Positions 53,195 through 64,000 of a stretch of DNA of 64,000 nt are shown piece after piece. Under the pieces are notes generated by a model. That model was not told the DNA's origin. It saw only the letters and a program-made list of their open reading frames with translations, and did no database searches. Every line of letters begins with the position of its first letter. Positions within the stretch are counted from its first letter, which is position 1. A program made the translations under genes and the position numbers. The stretch spans positions 15,500,001 through 15,564,000 of the forward strand of contig OZ249450.1 of NCBI GenBank assembly GCA_965235115.1. The letters are read 5' to 3'. The DNA comes from Laetmonice hystrix. Lineage: Eukaryota.

Positions 53195-54479
53195 AGCCCC
53201 AGTCCCACCAAAGCCGAATTAGCTACGACGTGTCACGATCTGATAAATCGTGTAGAATCGGGAAAGGTCCTAACTCGGTCGTAGAGTAGTCTTGATAGAT
53301 CCTCATAGGTCGCGACAATTTTGAACTGTTCAAAACAATCGGCATTGGTCGGGAAAAAGTTCAGATCGGGGCTATATCGTAGGTCAAACGTTGCTCAGTC
53401 GGGAATATAGTCGGGGAACAATCTGGATAGTTCGTTTCTCGGTCCTGGTTTATCGTAGGACAATTGCCAGATAATTAAGCCCCAGTCCCACCAAAGCCGA
53501 TTGTACTACGTTCCATGCCGTTCTATCAAGATCTAAAATTTATTTTAAGTCGTGATGAATCGTGATGAAATAATGACAACCCGAAGACCTAGCTACGAAT
53601 TGTCACGTTCAACGGCGACTGGGCAACGGTTTTCCAAAGATCTCTCAACGATCACGCTGCGTGCTATCATGTTCTATCTCGACATCCCCCCGACCTTGCC
53701 GACCTATGCAGATTGAGCTACGTCCTATCAAGAACCCGACCCGATGTTTGACCAACGATATAGCAACGTTCTATGCCGTCTGAGCCCCAGCCGAGCTACG
53801 ACCTGTCCCGATGACGTCAGGGCTAGATCTAGGAAATGTCTGGCGATTGTCCTACGATCAACCAGGACTGAACAACGAACTATCCCGATTGTCCCACGAC
53901 TATTCCCGACTGAGCAACGTTTGACCTACGGTATATCCCCGATTTGAGCTTTTTCCCGACCAATGCCGATTGTTTTGAACAGTTTAAAATTGTCGGGGTG
54001 CAATCGTGGCCTATCCCGACCTATGAGGATCTATCAAGACTACTGTACGACCGAGTTAGGACCTTTCCCGATTCTACACGATTTATCAGATCGTGACACG
54101 TCGTAGCTAATTCGGCTTTGGTGGGACTGGGGCTTTGGCCCTGATCTAGACCTGATGTCATCGGGACAGGTCGTAGCTCGGCTGGGGCACGGCATAGAAC
54201 GTTGCTACATCGTTTGTCAATCTTGGTATAGGTCGCTATACATCGGGCCGGGATCTTGATAGGTCGAAGCTCAATCTGCATAGGTCGGCAGTGAACGTTG
54301 CTTTAGTCGTTGCGCTGTCGGGAAGGTCGGGCCGATGTCGGGATAGAACGTGATAGATTCGTAGCTAGGTCTTCGGGTTTTCACGATTTCATCACGATTC
54401 ATCACGACTTAAACTAAATTTCAGATCTTGATAGAACGGCATAGAACGTCGTACAATCGGCTTTGGTGGGACTGGGGCT
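53195..54479. mobile_element. Harbinger/PIF-like MITE (outer copy, ~625 bp when the insert is removed)
   Basis: TAA|AGCCCCAGTCCCACCAAAGCCGA ... TCGGCTTTGGTGGGACTGGGGCT|TAA: 3-bp TAA TSD and 23-bp TIRs. Confidence 0.9.
53478..54134. mobile_element. Same-family MITE inserted in opposite orientation inside the outer copy (657 bp)
   Basis: Same 23-bp TIRs at 53478 and ending at 54134, flanked by TTA/TTG. Its halves are reverse complements of the outer copy's halves. Confidence 0.88.
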
Positions 54480-54580
54480 TAACCTCGGTTAGAATGGCAG
54501 CTCGCCGAAGTTGGCATTACTGAAAGAACAATGATAACGGTCCATCGAGTCAAGCCGAGCCGAGCGTGCCCATCCCGGAT

Positions 54581-54979
54581 GACTCGCTGAGTTTTACCGA
54601 GTTAGCGGGTGACCTTGAGAGAGCCCGGAGGACTCGCTGAGTTTTACCGAGTTAGCGGGTGACCTTGAGAGAGCCCGGAGCACTCGCTGAGTTTTACCGA
54701 GTTAGCGGGTGACCTTGAGAGAGCCCGGAGGACTCGCTGAGTTTTACCGAGTTAGCGGATGACCTTGAGAGAGCCCGGAGGACTCGCTGAGTTTTACCGA
54801 GTTAGCGGGTGACCTTGGGAGAGCCCGGAGCACTCGCTGAGTTTTACCGAATTAGCGGATGACCTTGGGAGAGCCCGGAGCACTCGCTGAGTTTTACCGA
54901 GTTAGCGGGTGACCTTGGGAGAGCCCGGAGGACTCGCTGAGTTTTTACCGAGTTAGCGGATGACCTTGAGAGAGCCCGG
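54581..54979. repeat. Minisatellite, 50-bp unit x8
   Basis: GACTCGCTGAGTTTTACCGAGTTAGCGGGTGACCTTGAGAGAGCCCGGAG with exact 50-bp period from 54581 to 54931. Confidence 0.97.
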
Positions 54980-55722
54980 CGTTGTCCTATTAATATGGCG
55001 ACGTCACTGAGAGGTTTTCTTTATACTGACGCCTTTTGATAATATCGGCTTGCCATGCCGCGGCACGGACCACGGACTGATCTTCATGGAAATCTAAAGA
55101 AAGGTTTTTACACTAGACTGGCGCAAGAAGTTGTGATCACACACATCTTGTCCAATTCCTTGGCCGGGAAATGTCAGTGTTGTCTCTGTGTCTCCTCGCT
55201 CGTGGCGTCACGCTAATAATAACAACCGTTCAGACCAAAAAGTTAAAAAAAAAGGCTAAATGAATATCAGTCGCTCTGTAACGACCTGGACAGTGCAAAA
55301 AACAGTGTTGGACACCTCAGGTTTGAGCTGTGCTGCTGGTTGAAACGTTCTACTTGCGCATACTCAGCACCAATTGTGACATTCTCTGTCGTTTTAGTGG
55401 GCTCATGTTTAAAGGTTGGATGTCGAACTTAGAGTCTGTGGATGAAGACATGGAGACATTGCCCTCATTCTAGAATAAAGAACATGAGGCACATTAAAGC
55501 CATTATTGCCGAAAAAAGAACATTAACCTCTTTTCCCCTGGACAACTTTCCCTTTTTCTACTGGAAGAAATAACTGTAAATCGAAGTGAATCGGGTAAAT
55601 CAACACTTTGGTTCCGAATTGGCCACTTAAACTTTGAGGGTGTGATTGTAGTACAGTAAAGTGGCGATGGAGCGCAAGGCGGGAACACATTTCTCCCTGC
55701 AGCTTCCTGCCCCCCACCCTAC

Positions 55723-55768
55723 CCACCACCACCACCACCACCACCACCACCACCACTACCACCACCAC
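55723..55768. repeat. (CAC)n microsatellite
   Basis: Run of ACC/CAC triplets. Confidence 0.9.
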
Positions 55769-57001
55769 CCCACCATCTCAGTATATTAGCGGCAGGGACA
55801 GAGCCACCCTCCAGGAATTAGAGTAACGAACGGGTCGGCTGGCAAATGTCACTTGCCGTTTAGAAGTGTCCGATCCTGTACACCGTGAGCGACGGGTTGG
55901 GAGGAGGAGGAGGGGGGGGGGGGCTCAGTGGCCCTCCACCCCCCTCTAGGTAACCTGGGAATGCTCATAGATAATTAATACGTGTGGGGGGTCGTCTATG
56001 CTACAAGTTTAAGCCATAGGACATTTTACAGGGTATACCATGTTCCTGTCGACAAGTTTTCTATCTGTCATCGAACTGGTGCATAATTACAAGCAATTAG
56101 GAAGGCGGAAGAAGAATTACAAGTGGGATCTTGAGTTTTTTCCCTTTGTATTCTGGCTTCGTGTCTGTATAGGGCTGTGAACTCAAGAGTTGTTGAGAGT
56201 AATTAAGGTTGGGTTTAATGAAGGAGAGTATAATTATTCGCGTGCTCAATAATAAACTTGCCTTCATATAAGGTGTGACAGTTTGAAAGCTGAGCGGTTC
56301 AATTCCATAGATGAAATTTGTTTTTCAATAATATATTATAAAGCCTTCAATTCGTCCAAACGTATACATCATTGGGAAAGGAGAAAAGTTGGTGCGGGTA
56401 TTGGACAAGCTTGATAAAGAGGTATTTGCCCCAAAGATATGATTGATCTGTCTAGCTCTTAACAAAAATCATTTAACTCCGTCTGGGAGGAAATGTCTCA
56501 CGAGGCGTACAAGGAACTAAGGGAAACGGTTAAAAAGAAGTGGGGAAGAATTTGTGTTTTAATATTCATGGTAAACATCCCTTGGCGTCGCTTGTCACTG
56601 AAGGCGAGTTGGAAGCCTTCCGATTGCTTTTCCAGAGCAAATATATTAACCAAACAACGCGTTTTAGCTAATTAAGTTTCAATTTCCATTTAGATTACAC
56701 CATCTGAAACTGCATGTGTCATGACATCAGTTCGCTTAATTACAGGGCTGCCTGAGGCCCCTTAACTCAATCTGGGCACATAATAATTCAAATGCCACCT
56801 TTTTGTGGTCGATGCATGGGATGGGTTTATGTTGAACGACGAAAACGAAGCATTTGATAGCATGGGTCCCTGTAGGGGGAGGAGAGTTTCTCCTTAATAC
56901 CAAGGTAGGGCGAGCGTCTCATTCTATGTTTCTAAAGTGGGGGTGATTGAAAAGATGTCTGTGCGTGATGGAATTTTTCTCTGAGGGCGTCGCTCGAGTG
57001 C

Positions 57002-57076
57002 TGGCATCATGGTGCTCGCGTTGATGGCATCATGGTGCTCGCGTTGATGGCATCATGGTGCTCGCGTTGATGGCAT
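57002..57076. repeat. Minisatellite, 23-bp unit x3.3
   Basis: TGGCATCATGGTGCTCGCGTTGA, three perfect copies plus a partial. Confidence 0.95.
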
Positions 57077-60000
57077 ATCCTTTGGCATCCTGACGTGATA
57101 AGATCGACGTCATAAATACACCCGGCAAACATTGTACTACGATGACAATCTTTCACGTTCAGCAATAATTTTTAATAAGTTAAACAATTGTCCATTATTC
57201 GCTGACTACGGACTCACATCGAGATCCTTTTGAATGGAGTTATTTACTTCGCGATGTGAGGATACTAATGATGGCACTATTGTTCAGTACGTTAAGGGGC
57301 GAGCCTTACCAGGTGTAATAATTGTGGAGGTGGATGTAATCATTAATAGTAAAAAGGTGAAAACATCTAACCTCATTCTGTGGCCTGGGCAAACCACTGG
57401 TAAAACCCCCAGTCTGTGAGTGATGCCCTCTAGTTACAGGGCATAGTTAAAGAGATGCTATGAGAATAACGTTAGAGGACCAAGAATTTCTACGAATATC
57501 ACATTCTGTTTTCACATGGGGATTTCATTTATTCGCTCAGATACTTTAGACTATATAATACTTGAATAGAATTGGATCCAAGGGAAAGATTGTATTGGAA
57601 GATATAAGAGGCCGGGCCACCTTGACTTGATTAGTTTCACGAGTAACAAGACTTTGATTCCTTTTCTGGAGCCTCCTGAGACATCAGTAAGATTTTAGTG
57701 TTCATAAAATATATAGTTTTATGAAGATATGTACTATCGGTGGTCTTCGGGGACTGCTACTTCCTGTCCGCGATTGTGTCTTTTTATTGTAATTGGGGAG
57801 TTCACAAGAAATAAAAAATACATAGATGTATAATTGTATACTATTTCCATGACCAAAAAAACCTGTTTTGTATGAGATGACATAGTAAAGACGTAAGAGT
57901 ATCCTATTTTCACCCTGAGGTCGGGAAAGAACAGGTCCCTAGCACCTCTTTGCTGTTGGTAAGAATCATCGAATGAGGCAAATGAGGATAAGGAGGTCAT
58001 TTGTGTGCTGGTCAGGGCTGTGGACGTCGATCTGGTGGGAGGTGTTTGTGTTCACTGTGATGGACCATCACTCTCTCTGACTCCCTCGTTTCAATCCTCA
58101 AAGGCTGGGTAATACAAGAGATGTTATGTTCAGTCGGCAATGGGCGCATATCAACTGACTTTTAAATTTTATCGTAAAGAGTGCTGTGCATGTGATTAGG
58201 TGTCCATCTGATCCTGTACATGAATGTTGGTCCCTATATACCCCTATAGTATAGAGGTGAGGAAAGATCTTTCTCTGTGACGTACGATTGATGTATGAGG
58301 TCTATAATTGAGATATACTAATTGAGATATGAGATACACATAATCTTGGGGCCGGGGTTTGACTCCAGTATAGGGTGCTATACAATTTTCTCTTTCCGGA
58401 CATTTTGAAAGTGAACTGGGTTACGCACAGTGGCGATAGGGTCGTTCCATCTACCGTAAAGAAATCACATATCTAAGCGTATTTCTGGATCTTAAAACCT
58501 CCTAGTGGGTGGCAGTCTGAATGACCTACTCGTTGTTTTCAGACTGTCGCCCTGATTGCTAACGTCACGTGAAGTCTATATAAGACAGGGGCAGGGCGTC
58601 CACTCTGACCCGGCTTGGCTCCCTCAGGTTATATCGTGGCCCGGCACAGTTCGTGTAGGTGTGAGTTGGCTCAGGATGAGAATTATGTTTCCATCTCATA
58701 TCGTGGGTGGGCAGCAAAGAGAAAAATCTCACCTCCCACCGTCCCCGTAGTCGGACAATGGATAAAATCATTGAAAGCCACTGCCCATGCACGTTCGATA
58801 AATATTTCATTGACTGATGCAGGGATATTGTTTCAGGATTACTGCCTTACTCGCTCACAGTGAAGTGGTTGACGTCACAATGTTATTGTTCTGACAGCGT
58901 CCCACTGTTTGACTAGCACCTGGAGAACCCGGATGGAGGGATCCGACTGTTTAGCAACAAGCCGCCGGCAGGTGGCGCTGAGAAAGGATGGAGGTGTCTA
59001 CTTCCGGGATACCATCAATCAGATTCCTGAACAGGTGCTCCGAGTCAGTGGTCCTCATCAGTAAATACTTTGTATAACGGGGTATACCTGGTCCTGTGGT
59101 GGCAAAACTTACGGGGTCCTAATCTAATGTAGTCGCCTCCAACCCGCGGCCAGCCCCAGGTTATATCAGTTTAAACGGCAACATCAGACGATGTCTGTTG
59201 TGTCTTACACATTGGCTCTATCAAAAATGAAAGATTTCAACTGTGTCTTGAGGTGGTCGCTGATCATGCAGTCCCATAAGTAAGAAGTACTTATCTAAAA
59301 ACCTCTTGTAAAAAATGATAAGGCTCAGTTGGATCTTACGGAAACTTCACGTAAAAATTATTGGAAACTCGCGTGCCACCCATTCGGTCAACATCACGTG
59401 ATCAGGTACAAACTCATTTCACCATTGTGTCGCAAAGGTCACGACAAAGACAGTATTCTTATTGGGTGTGGCCAAACGAGTGGTCGGACAGGCATGTGTA
59501 CATAGAATAATAAATTGAGCAATATGTACGATTATGTGAAACCTGTTGGAGATTGAGATGGTAGATGTACTTCCAATTAAGCCAGACGTCGCCGAACCCG
59601 CTGCTGTCGTATACAACATAATGTGCAGCAGGCATGTTTTCTACGAACAGAGGCGATCGTCAATGGACGCTGGGTTTGGACAATTAGTCACGTGTTTCGT
59701 GGCGTTCCTCAGACGGTTAGACTCAGGTGTGTGGATGGTAGGGAAATCTCCCATACTACCACCCCTCCGACTGACTGACGGAACCGCCGCCAGGCGGCGC
59801 TGAGACGAGGCGGCTGACGTGAGGCTCATATCGAGGACAGTGGTCTCATTACAGACGGCCCACACCTCCTCGAGGGCGTCATCTGGATGGCTGAGGCAGG
59901 ACTGCTTCACCGGTCGGTTGGCATTGACACTGGCATTCTGTTGACAGAAAACTCTCACGCCTCATTAAAAGAAAACTTGGGAGAGGAAGTATTGTTTGAG

Positions 60001-60128
60001 AGGATCAGAGTCAAGTAAAGGTCAGGTTTAGATGAGGGGAATTTAAACATGTTTTCGGTAGGTTTGATATCAGAGGGAATAATTAGACCAGTTAGCAGAC
60101 ATCAGACCGATGGTGGAATACCGTCCCA

Positions 60129-60238
60129 GACGATCACTGCACGATGTCTCGACGATCACTGCACGATGCCTTTACGATCACTGCACGATGTCTTGACGAT
60201 CACTGCACGATGTCTTGACGATCACTGCACGATCTCTT
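60129..60238. repeat. Minisatellite, 22-bp unit x5
   Basis: GACGATCACTGCACGATGTCTT with a few variants. Confidence 0.95.
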
Positions 60239-60264
60239 ACTCTTTGTATTCTTTCTGGGGGTAA

Positions 60265-60918
60265 TACCCCCATCACACTAGAAGGCGATCTAGCTGCGCT
60301 CTAGAAAATGGGCCAGATCGCCGTAGAGCGTGGATAGAGTGCCTTGAGGTCCTTCTGAGCGTCATAGGAGCGAGATAGTGTCTCCCTGGGTCGCCATATG
60401 GTCACCATGAGCGCCATTAGCGGCGACCAATTTTGAACATGCACAAAATTTACGCCGCAGGGTCGCCGTGGATCTAAAAGCGCAGTTAGATCGAAATGCG
60501 ATCACCATCAGCGTCCTAGGAGCGCAGTACCAGATTCCTGAGAGCGCAGGTCGAGCGCCAGTGAACGGTGTAGCATCGGCCTTCCCGTCCCATGGCGCTG
60601 GCCCGGCGCTCTTACCACGATGCTACCGAGACCTCGGTGACCCTAATGAGCCCTTTACACGCTCCGCACGGTGCTGCCGCTGCGCTCATGACGTCAGAGC
60701 TGCGTTCTTGCTGCGCAGTGAGCGCAGTGTGATCGTATAGGACGTGGTAGCAACGCCATACGACGTGGTAGGGACGGCCTAAATTGTCCGAGAATTGCAT
60801 TTTTCCACGTCGTGGCAGCAGGGTGGAGCGGCATTGCAGTCACACTTGACGGCGACCAACGGCGATCTGCTAGGTCGCCGTGGTCGCCGTTAGGTCTTCA
60901 TCTAGTGTGATGGGGGTA
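60265..60918. mobile_element. Harbinger/PIF-like MITE, 654 bp
   Basis: TAA|TACCCCCATCACACTAGA ... TCTAGTGTGATGGGGGTA|TAA: perfect 18-bp TIR and TAA TSD. Confidence 0.9.
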
Positions 60919-61107
60919 TAAAGGCCATTATGTGCATGGTTTATGTTCTAATGATGTTCTAAATGAGGGGCTATACCCTTCCCAACAAAATGCAGAGAAT
61001 TAGAACAAATTGATCGGTATCACCAGCGTGAAAAGCTACACTATACAGCCAAACATATTTGGTTAACGCCCATGCAGTGACATTTAATAGATTAATCAAG
61101 GGATTAG

Positions 61108-61278
61108 CAGTGGCGGATCCAGAATGGGGGTTACAGGGGTCGCAACCCCCCTTACGAAGTAATTTCTTTTCTGCTTGAAAGGTTCAAACCAAACATACAC
61201 ACCCACCTCTCAACCCTCTCTTGCCCCCTACCCCCACCCCCTACCCCCACCCCTTGGCGCAAACTGGATGGGCTCCTG
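61108..61278. mobile_element. MITE of the CAGTGGCGGATCCAG type (degenerate right end)
   Basis: Left end CAGTGGCGGATCCAG shares the GGCGGATCCAG core of the 11348 element. Probable right end CTGGATGGGCTCCTG. Confidence 0.5.
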
Positions 61279-64000
61279 ATTGGAGTGTCCAACGGTTGTC
61301 ACAGAGAATCCCACACGACTCAAGCCGCAACTTGTGACACAGTGGCTGAACAACGTCATTCTTACAACCACCTGCCCCCCCCCCCCCCCAACACCACCAC
61401 CGCTGGCTGTAGTATATATAGTTCTAAGATTGGGTGCGTAGTTTATCTCAAAGTTCTCGTGCACAGCAACCATGCAGTCAGACAATGGTAAAAAGGTTGC
61501 TATGTTTCTGCCAGGAGAGAGATACTGGCTGTTTTAATTCTGTGTAGTGATAATGTAGGGAGGTATAGTGTGACTGTTTGTAGTCCCCCGCCGGGCATTC
61601 AGTATTGCCTACCGTCAGTACCAGCTTCGTTAGTTCCACATCACAGTATCTACTTATGTCTCGCTTTGATGGCAACATGTATTTTCACTCTATTTCTTTA
61701 AAACATAGATACTATGGACCGTTTTTATCGTTGGCAAGGTCACTGCGATATAACAGGCAATGTCTCGAGTTGCCATCTCATATAAAGTGTGCACGACCCG
61801 AGCTACGATTTTATTACGCTATAGGAAAATCCTACGCCAGCTAAAATTATATTTATTTGAAAAAACAAACGGGATTTATACACTGTATACATCACGTCAT
61901 CTGACACTTGGAAATATAATCAATGGGGGATGAGATTTAATGCAAATGCTCAGTTCCTGGAATAGAAAACGTCCACGGTTTCTCCCGCTCCTGGTGATAT
62001 TCATGGTGCGTACAGTCGGAGCCGGAAGTGCGTTAAACCAGACGAGATGTAAGAAATTCATCCTGAAAACGTTGTATGAACAAAACACAGGATAGCGAAA
62101 GTGAACAACATTTTAACGATATTAAACTTGCCTCGACTCACTTGACGATATCGATGTAAACTAATTTAATAATTTGTGTTTTGTTCTTCACAAACTCCCT
62201 GTTACCCTTTAGCAGGGCTTTGTCTAATCGGCATGTCTTTGTATTATTTCCGTCGGGAACGTCTGACTGCGATTACACAATGCGAATCTTCAACTTTAGA
62301 TTGAATGGAAATTGCGCATGAAAGCGTTATGGAAAGGATTGGTTATTTACTGACTGAGACTTTTCCCGGACTGGGACATAATCAGGCAAGGAATGTTAGA
62401 CTCCCAATGTAGGCAGGATTGATAATCTGGGGGAATGACGACATGGAGAGAAAGAGATTACGGGCCCTGTGGGTCAATCAGTTAATCGAGTGGCAAGATG
62501 CGAGGCAGTTTTGTCCGCATAGAGACTTTCCTCTGCCAGTGAATGGGTGGGACCCGTGGAGGGGTGAGATTTACCGGGACACGTGGTGTATGTATATGTA
62601 ACACGTGTAACGGCTACTTGGTATATCTGTGCCGTGTTTATGTGTGCGAGGTTCACCGCAGTGTTTGTGTGGTTGGATGATACGGCCGGGATGATGATTC
62701 AACCAGGATGATACGACCGTTGGGTGATACAGCCGGGCCGTACCAGCGGTACCGGTTTATGAGTCAACCACCTCAAGAGGGCGCCCGCCACAACGATACA
62801 CTCCGCAGGCCCAATTAAAACACTAACAACATCACGTTATCGGTCGTTCTTTCCGAGCCTCCGGTTCATGTCAGTGAAATTGAAATACGTTCCCTAACCA
62901 TGTTTTTATTTTTGTCAAGGTAGTCCCTGGGTAGGTTCTCTATGGACGACTGGGGTTGTGTGTTTATTTATTCTTATGGCTATTGGCTTCGTGATACTTC
63001 GCAGGGCTCCGAGTACCTGTGTCTCGAGGGGATGCCACGGTTTGGGGGCGGGTGTGAGGGGTATATATTTTGCTGAATCATGGGGTAGGAGGCTGGGGAG
63101 AGTATAGGGAGTGGGGGGTTTCTAGGATAGATATCATCACCATGGCTCAGTGGGACCCGGCGGGATTCGACAAATAATTATTGATAGCACCCTCTGCGCC
63201 TTTCTACGTCCACCCATCTATAGCTGATCGCACTGAGGCTGAAAACTGAATGAAATGACAAACTTCATACTTTTATTACTTTGATATATGAAGTGCGATT
63301 GCATGATTACTGAAGTTCTTTTGAAGGGAGCAGAACTGAAATGAGGCCAGATAAATATTCGCGACTGAGCACTGGCCGAATATTAGGTGTTGGTAAGAGT
63401 CTTCATCAAAGAAAGACATGTAGTGTTGAGTGGTTTATTTCTTAGTAGATGCAGCCAAACCTGACGATTCCCATGGACGAAATCCTACGCAGGCGGCAAA
63501 TTGCAAGTAATGTTTTAAAGAAGAGCTATGAAGAAATGGAGCACTTATAATTCGAGGAAGAACTAAGAGTAAGTTTGGTTTCCTGTTCACGACAGACGTA
63601 AGGGTTGTGCCTATGTTGACCACCTGAAGGCAAGGTTTGGCGGCATTGGGCGAGGTCCGACCACGGTCCGTATCGACGTCACGTCCCGGGTCACGTGAGC
63701 GTGTTGCCAGGGTAATCCAAGCAAGCAGACGACAGGTCCCTTATGAAAATGATTAACCAGACGGACGCTAAGCGTCTCAGCCCCGGAGCTACACGGCTGC
63801 CGTGATTAACCTCACCCCAAGCTTCCCACCGTTTTCTGGACGGACAACGAAAACATACCTGGCGCCGAAAGGAATTAAATTATCATGGCAGATATTATTT
63901 CAAGCCGAATCTAAAACAACAAACTGCAAAGACACATATCGAGAGCGAGACAACCGCGGCAATTCCAAACAACCGGCTAAGCTCGTATACACGCCAAGAT

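Noticed and set aside
48565-54979. Regular repeat arrays superficially like CRISPR
   Set aside because: Units are contiguous with no unique spacers, there are no cas genes, and the DNA is eukaryotic.
59546-59958. GC-rich intronic block with 85-aa and 105-aa ORFs
   Set aside because: No similarity to class C GPCR sequence or any family I recognise.

Overview
Eukaryotic (bilaterian invertebrate-like) genomic window with GT-AG introns and two assembly gaps. 297-4249 (+) holds the last eight coding exons of an RNF19-type RBR E3 ubiquitin ligase; the upstream exons lie outside the window. 40085-40372 (+) is the first coding exon of a GABA-B-receptor-like class C GPCR, and I could not find its second exon in the remaining 23.6 kb. 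The rest is intergenic or intronic DNA rich in DNA transposons: a full-length DD37D (maT-type) Tc1/mariner element with an intact 355-aa ORF, a decayed DD34E Tc1, several MITEs with clear TIRs and TSDs, and at least seven minisatellites. The most unusual structures are a Harbinger-type MITE inserted head-to-head inside another copy of its own family, a duplicated 5' splice site in RNF19, phase-compatible orphan exons, and a 50-bp minisatellite carrying an NR5A/ERR-type site in every copy. I found no clear evidence of a wholly new multi-gene system. All calls were made by eye, without database searches.
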